DNA of 64,000 nt, taken from assembly GCA_017745295.1 (NCBI GenBank), contig JAGHZR010000004.1:63938-127937 (forward strand), read 5' to 3'. This stretch comes from Novosphingobium sp. Its GTDB lineage: Bacteria; Pseudomonadota; Alphaproteobacteria; Sphingomonadales; Sphingomonadaceae. This document shows, piece by piece, positions 58,846 to 64,000 of this stretch. Both the position numbers and the translations under genes were made by a program. The notes under the pieces were generated by a model. It had not been told where the DNA came from. It saw only the letters and a list, made by a program, of their open reading frames with translations, and searched no databases. How positions within the stretch are numbered: position 1 is the first letter of the stretch; each line of letters begins with the position of its first letter.

Positions 58846-60312
58846 ATGTCCGTGGATACGACATACCCTGACACGGTGCACTATCGCGGACTGAACCGTC
58901 CCACCCACATCGAGGGGAGCGCTCATGATCTCCACGTGGAAGGCCGGATTCCGCCGGAAGTCGACGGGGCGTTTTTCCGTGCCATCCACGATCCCGCTTA
59001 TCCACCTCGCTTCGAGAATGATGTCGTCCTTTCACGCGATGGGATGATCAGCAAGATCGAGTTCAAGAACGGGCGGGTCAGCACCGGGATCCGGTATGTC
59101 CAGACCGATCGATTTCTCGCCGAGCGTGAGGCCGGACGGGCGTTGTTCGGCTTCTATCGAAATCCCTATTCCGACGATCCCAGCGTTGCCGGCGTTTCAC
59201 GGACCGTGGCCAATACGACGCCGTATTTCCACGGCGGCCGCCTGTTCATCTCCAAAGAGGACGGCCTTCCGTACCGGCTCGATCCCGAGGGCCTCGGGAC
59301 AATTGGCAAATGGGATTACGATGGACAGCTGCGCAGCGAGACGCTGACCGCGCATCCGAAAGTCGACCCCGAAACCGGCGAGCTGTTTCTGTTCGGATAC
59401 GAGGCGGACGGCCTTGCAAGCACGAAAGTTGCCTACTGCGTCATTTCGCCGAATGGCGAGCTGATTTCGGAGCAATGGTTCGATGCGCCGTACTGCGGGA
59501 TGCAGCACGATTTTGCAGTGACCCAAACGCACGCGGTGTTTCTGGTCTACCCGACGATCGCAGATTTGGAGGGCATGAAAGAGGGCGGTCCCCACTGGAT
59601 CCACCACCAGGAGCGCGAAAGCTGGATTGCCGTGATGCCCCGCTACGGGAGCGTCGAGGACCTCGTCTGGATCAAGGGCCCGGCCGGGGTGCACAGCTTC
59701 CACGTCATGAATGCCTTCAACGAGGGCAGCAAGCTCCACGTCGACCAGTGTCTTTTCAACACGAACTTCTTCCCGTTCGTCATGGAGCCATCGGGCATCG
59801 ATATGCAGGTCGAAGGGGCGCTGACGCGGTGGACGGTAGACCTCGACGATGTCGCCGCCGGAGTCGCCTCCGAGGTCCTTGGCCCTTTCTGCGAAATGCC
59901 GATCGTACCGGTGGCGGATATCGGCCGACCCTACTCGCGGGGATGGTATCTCACGCTTGATCCCGGCAAGATAACGATGCTGGCCAACGGTCCCAGCGAG
60001 GTGGTGTTCAACTGCCTGCAGCGAATTTCATTCCCGGATCGATCGATCGCCTCGTTCTCGCAGGGGCCCGGCATCGGTTTCAACGAGCCGGTCCACATCG
60101 CTTCCCGCGATCCCGGCCATGGCGGTTGGCTCGTGATGATGATCGACCGGGTCATTGCCGAAGATCATTGCGCGCAGGAAGTCTGGATACTCGAGGCCGA
60201 CGCTATCGCGAACGGCCCCATCGCAAAGGTGCGTATGCCTTTCACCACATGCGAGCAGGTTCACGGGTGGTGGGTCCCCCGAAACGCGCTTGAGCAGGCT
60301 ATTCCAGCCTGA
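58846..60312 (+). CDS. Carotenoid-oxygenase family enzyme, lignostilbene/resveratrol dioxygenase-like
   Basis: Four Fe ligands (AHPK, QHDF, FHVMN, VHGWW); YRNPY..D and KED motifs. Confidence 0.9.
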   Translation: MSVDTTYPDTVHYRGLNRPTHIEGSAHDLHVEGRIPPEVDGAFFRAIHDPAYPPRFENDVVLSRDGMISKIEFKNGRVSTGIRYVQTDRFLAEREAGRALFGFYRNPYSDDPSVAGVSRTVANTTPYFHGGRLFISKEDGLPYRLDPEGLGTIGKWDYDGQLRSETLTAHPKVDPETGELFLFGYEADGLASTKVAYCVISPNGELISEQWFDAPYCGMQHDFAVTQTHAVFLVYPTIADLEGMKEGGPHWIHHQERESWIAVMPRYGSVEDLVWIKGPAGVHSFHVMNAFNEGSKLHVDQCLFNTNFFPFVMEPSGIDMQVEGALTRWTVDLDDVAAGVASEVLGPFCEMPIVPVADIGRPYSRGWYLTLDPGKITMLANGPSEVVFNCLQRISFPDRSIASFSQGPGIGFNEPVHIASRDPGHGGWLVMMIDRVIAEDHCAQEVWILEADAIANGPIAKVRMPFTTCEQVHGWWVPRNALEQAIPA

Positions 60313-60341
60313 TCGCCGCAAGGACATGAAATCTGGGAGAG

Positions 60342-61748
60342 ATGGTGATGTATCAGATGCTTATCGACGGCGAGCTGGTTGACGGCTCGGCGTCGCTCGA
60401 CGTGGTCAATCCTGTGACGGGTCAGGCCTTTGCGACATGTGGTCGCGCAGAGGAGGACGATCTGCAGCGGGCCGTCGCGGCTGCTCGCAACGCTTTTCCC
60501 GGCTGGGCTGCCTTGAGCTGGACGGAAAGGGCCGTCTATCTCAACGCACTCGCCGACGGCATTGAAGAGCGGGGCGAGGAAATTGCCCAACTGCTGACCG
60601 ACGAGCAGGGCAAGCCGCTGGGCCAGGCCCGGTTCGAGGTCGGGGCGTCCGTAGCGGCATTCCGGTACTTCTCGGCCCAGGAAATGCTTCCCCGGGTTGT
60701 CGTGGATGAGCCGACGAGCCGGGTAATCGAGCATTACCGCCCGATCGGCGTAGTGGCGGCAATTACGCCGTGGAATTTCCCGCTCATTCTGCTTTCCGTG
60801 AAGCTGGCTGCGGCGCTGGCCACGGGCAACACGGTCGTGGCGAAGCCGGCGCCGACCACTCCGCTTTCGTCGCTGCTGGTCGGCGAAGTGGCAGCGGCGA
60901 TCCTGCCTGCAGGCGTGCTCAACGTCATTGTCGACGCGAATGACCTGGGCGGTTTGCTTTCGGCCCATCCGGACGTGGCCAAAGTGACGTTTACAGGTTC
61001 GACGGCGACCGGAAAGAAGGTCATGCAAAGTGCCGCATCGTCGCTCAAGCGCCTGACGCTCGAACTCGGCGGGAATGATGCCGCGATTTTGCTCGACGAC
61101 GTCGACGTTGACGAGGTCGCCCCCCAGATCTTCAATGCCGCTACATTCAATGCTGGCCAGGTCTGCATGGCCGCCAAACGCATTTATGCGCCGAGGGCAA
61201 AGTACGATGCCCTCTGCGATGCGCTCGCCAACCTTGCAAACAGTGCTGTCGTGGGAGACGGGCACGATCCAGCAACGGCAATCGGGCCGATCCAGAACCA
61301 AATGCAATTCGACAAGGTCATGGACCTTATCGAAGATTCGCGGCGGATCGGGACGATTGTTGCCGGTGGGCGCCGACTGAACCGACCGGGCTTTTTCATC
61401 GCACCCACCGTGGTCCGCGATCTGCCCGACGATGCGCGCCTGGTTCAGGAAGAACAGTTCGGGCCGGTTATCCCCGTCCTTGCCTACGATGACATCGAGG
61501 AGGTCCTCGAGCGGGCGAATGATAGCGAATTCGGCCTTGCCGGCACCGTCTGGGGCAAGGATGTCGACCGCGCCGTCGAAGTGGCGATGCGCATCCGGAC
61601 CGGCACGGTGTGGGTGAACAAGCACCTGGATCTTCGTTTCGACGTGGCATTCGGCGGGGTCAAGCAGTCCGGCATCGGACGGGAACAGGGAGACGATGGA
61701 CTGCGTGAATTCGTCGAAACCCACGTCGTCAGCATCGCGAAGGCCTGA
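60342..61748 (+). CDS. Aldehyde dehydrogenase
   Basis: ITPWNFP, FTGSTATG, LELGGND, GQVC, EEQFGP. Confidence 0.94.
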   Translation: MVMYQMLIDGELVDGSASLDVVNPVTGQAFATCGRAEEDDLQRAVAAARNAFPGWAALSWTERAVYLNALADGIEERGEEIAQLLTDEQGKPLGQARFEVGASVAAFRYFSAQEMLPRVVVDEPTSRVIEHYRPIGVVAAITPWNFPLILLSVKLAAALATGNTVVAKPAPTTPLSSLLVGEVAAAILPAGVLNVIVDANDLGGLLSAHPDVAKVTFTGSTATGKKVMQSAASSLKRLTLELGGNDAAILLDDVDVDEVAPQIFNAATFNAGQVCMAAKRIYAPRAKYDALCDALANLANSAVVGDGHDPATAIGPIQNQMQFDKVMDLIEDSRRIGTIVAGGRRLNRPGFFIAPTVVRDLPDDARLVQEEQFGPVIPVLAYDDIEEVLERANDSEFGLAGTVWGKDVDRAVEVAMRIRTGTVWVNKHLDLRFDVAFGGVKQSGIGREQGDDGLREFVETHVVSIAKA

Positions 61749-61752
61749 GCCG

Positions 61753-63441
61753 ATGAAGTATGCCCAGCATGCCGACGCATTGGCGCGACATCTGGCGATC
61801 ATGCCGTTTCGCGATCGCCTTGCCCAAGTCGCCCCCGAGGCTGTCGATCCCGAAATTGAAGCCAGCGTGATCGACCAAGCGGCTCAATTCACGGAGGGTT
61901 CGCTTGAACCGGTTGCCGCTATGCTGGACCGGCTTGGGATCACCGTCGTCGATGGCCGCGCAACGACCAGCGTCACGCAAATCGAGGCCTGGCGGTCCTT
62001 CTGCGATATGGGGTGGCTGGCGATGGTCGCGCCGGAACCCTTTGGCCAAGGGCTGTCACTCGCCTTGCTCACGGCTTGCGAAGAGCTTTTCAACCGGGCC
62101 AGCGCACCATTCTGCATGCTGGCGACATCGACACGCACGGCAGCCAGTCTCCTGACGTCATGCGCGTCGCAAAGCGTTATCGACGAATGGGTGCCGCGCC
62201 TTCTTTCCGGGGAATGGTCGGCGACCATCTGCATTTCGGAACCGGACGCGGGTTCCGATGTCGGACGGATCCGGACCCATGCACGGCACGCTGAGCGTGG
62301 CTGGCAAGTTACCGGTGAGAAGTGCTGGATTTCGTACGGCGACCACGATCTGACATCCCGGATCGGTCATCTGACATTGGCGCGGAGCACGGATGGCGTG
62401 GGCGCGCGGGGGCTTAGCCTCTTTCTCGTACCGTCCACGCGCGAGGACGGCAGCGCCAATGCCGTTCATCTCCGCCGTGTCGAAGAAAAGCTGGGACTGC
62501 ATTGCTCGCCGACTTGCCAGATCGGCTTTGAGGAAGCGGAGGCCGTGCTGCTCGGAGACGAAGGTCGCGGCTTGCAGACCCTGTTCCAGATGATGTTGCT
62601 GATGCGGCTGAATTGCGGTCCTCAGGGCATGGGAGTGGCATCCGCGGCCTTTGCGACCGCGCTCGGCTACGCCCAGGATCGAAAGCAGGGTGGGCCTGCG
62701 GATGAGCCTCCCGTCGCGATAGTCGAACATGCCGACGTGCAGCGTCAGCTCCTCGAAATGGCGGCGGCTGTCGAACTGGGGCGGGGTCTGAATTTTGCGG
62801 CCGCGAATGCGCTCGATCTTGGGGCGCGGTGTGCAGATCCGGAAGAGGCACGCCGCTGGACCGATCTGGCCCAATTCCTGTTGCCGCTCGTGAAGGATGG
62901 GGCGGCGCGCGCAGCGTTCGATGTCTCCAGTGCCGCCGTCCAGGTCCTGGGCGGGGCCGGTTATACCTGCGAGTGGCCGCTCGAGCGTTACCTTCGCGAT
63001 GCGCGGGTCTTCTCAGTCTTCGAAGGCACGACAGGGATGCAGGCGCTCGACATTCTGCATCGCCGGGTTTGGAGGGACAACCGGGCCGGGATCGACGCAT
63101 TCGCGGCGGCCATTGCCGATGACAGCCGGGATTGCCGTGCCCTTGCTGATGCCATCGGCAGCCTCCATGCCGCGACGGACGCGCTCCGCGACCTCGTCAG
63201 CACACCGCGCGAAGGGGAAGCGGGGGCTTATGCGTACCTCGAATTGTGCCGGTCGGTCGCATACGGTTGGATCGCCGCTCGAATTGCAGCGCTGTCCGGA
63301 GACGACCCTGTCGGGCGGCGCATGGCGGCAGCGGCTGACTATTATCTCGCCGGCCTGCCGACGCGAGCGCGGGCTTTTGCCGAGCAAGCGACCATGGGAG
63401 CCCAGCACCTCGGTGGCCTCGCCGCCTATCTCGAACAGTGA
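61753..63441 (+). CDS. Acyl-CoA dehydrogenase (DmdC-like long type)
   Basis: ISEPDAGSDV, GEKCWIS, EEKLGLH, VLGGAGY, VFEGTTGMQALD. Confidence 0.9.
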   Translation: MKYAQHADALARHLAIMPFRDRLAQVAPEAVDPEIEASVIDQAAQFTEGSLEPVAAMLDRLGITVVDGRATTSVTQIEAWRSFCDMGWLAMVAPEPFGQGLSLALLTACEELFNRASAPFCMLATSTRTAASLLTSCASQSVIDEWVPRLLSGEWSATICISEPDAGSDVGRIRTHARHAERGWQVTGEKCWISYGDHDLTSRIGHLTLARSTDGVGARGLSLFLVPSTREDGSANAVHLRRVEEKLGLHCSPTCQIGFEEAEAVLLGDEGRGLQTLFQMMLLMRLNCGPQGMGVASAAFATALGYAQDRKQGGPADEPPVAIVEHADVQRQLLEMAAAVELGRGLNFAAANALDLGARCADPEEARRWTDLAQFLLPLVKDGAARAAFDVSSAAVQVLGGAGYTCEWPLERYLRDARVFSVFEGTTGMQALDILHRRVWRDNRAGIDAFAAAIADDSRDCRALADAIGSLHAATDALRDLVSTPREGEAGAYAYLELCRSVAYGWIAARIAALSGDDPVGRRMAAAADYYLAGLPTRARAFAEQATMGAQHLGGLAAYLEQ

Positions 63442-63464
63442 AGATTTTGGCAGGACTGCAAGCG

Positions 63465-64000
63465 ATGGATGAAGTTGATTTTATCGTTGTCGGCGCGGGC
63501 AGCGCCGGTTGCGTTCTGGCCGCTCGTCTGAGCGAGGACGAGCAAGCGCAAGTGGTGCTGTTCGAAGCGGGTGGTTCGGACAAACATCCCATGATCTCCA
63601 TGCCCTTTGCGTGGATGCAGACGCTCGGCATTCCGCGTTTCGGCTGGGGGATCATGAGCGAACCGGAACCACACCTGGACGGCCGCGTGCAGCCGCTGCC
63701 GCGCGGGAAAGTGATGGGAGGCTGCGGATCCATCAATGGGCTGATGTACATTCGAGGCGCCGCTGCGGACTACGATGCCTGGCGCGACCAAGACCTTGAG
63801 GGCTGGGGTTACGACGATGTGCTGCCGTACTTCCGCAAGTCGGAACGCAACTGGCGCGGAGCGTCGGCCCTTCATGGCGGCGAGGGGCCTATTTCGGTTT
63901 CGCCGATGGTTCCCCATGGAGAACTCTTCCCAGCCTTTCTGGAAACTGCGGGACGGCTCGGCCATTCTCCATCGCCTGATTTCAACGTAGCGGCACCCGA
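63465..64000 (+). CDS. GMC oxidoreductase (partial, runs off window)
   Basis: Manual translation MDEVDFIVVGAGSAGCVLAARLSED...PRGKVMGGCGSINGLMYIRG. Confidence 0.92.
   Translation, partial: MDEVDFIVVGAGSAGCVLAARLSEDEQAQVVLFEAGGSDKHPMISMPFAWMQTLGIPRFGWGIMSEPEPHLDGRVQPLPRGKVMGGCGSINGLMYIRGAAADYDAWRDQDLEGWGYDDVLPYFRKSERNWRGASALHGGEGPISVSPMVPHGELFPAFLETAGRLGHSPSPDFNVAAP

Noticed and set aside
1-64000. CRISPR array, prophage, IS/integrase or anti-phage defence genes
   Set aside because: No regularly spaced repeat-spacer array, and no ORF with transposase, recombinase, phage or nuclease motifs was recognised.

Overview
High-GC alphaproteobacterial chromosome segment, very likely Sphingomonadaceae (Novosphingobium-like). 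The assignment rests on the two-piece tmRNA with tag ANDNEALALAA, the core synteny (lptD-surA-pdxA-rsmA, pepA-holC-ndk, purN-purM/hdaA-cysE, purSQ, efp-suhB-tRNA-Leu) and the PEP-CTERM prsK/prsR locus. Two catabolic blocks interrupt the core genes. The first is about 17 kb (22.7-39.4 kb) and carries paired and fused acyl-CoA dehydrogenases, enoyl-CoA hydratases, a KstD-like flavoprotein, an E1 alpha/beta pair with no E2/E3 nearby and an orphan Rieske ferredoxin. The second starts at about 53.3 kb, is compositionally distinct and runs off the window end (LysR, Tat-sulfatase, two ALDHs, stilbene-cleaving oxygenase, ACAD, GMC). The best candidate for an undescribed system is a two-gene unit at 29.0-30.2 kb: a Braun-lipoprotein (Lpp/OprI)-like coiled-coil lipoprotein, which the ORF track hides inside a long shadow ORF, followed by an atypical L,D-transpeptidase. 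Other points of note are a PurN-YjbR fusion, paired TGT-N11-ACA boxes upstream of the PEP-CTERM operon, structured intergenic elements, a phased DnaA-box-like array and an internally deleted TPR-regulator pseudogene after tRNA-Leu. I saw no CRISPR, rRNA, integrase or transposase. Family assignments come from recognising motifs by eye; no searches were run.
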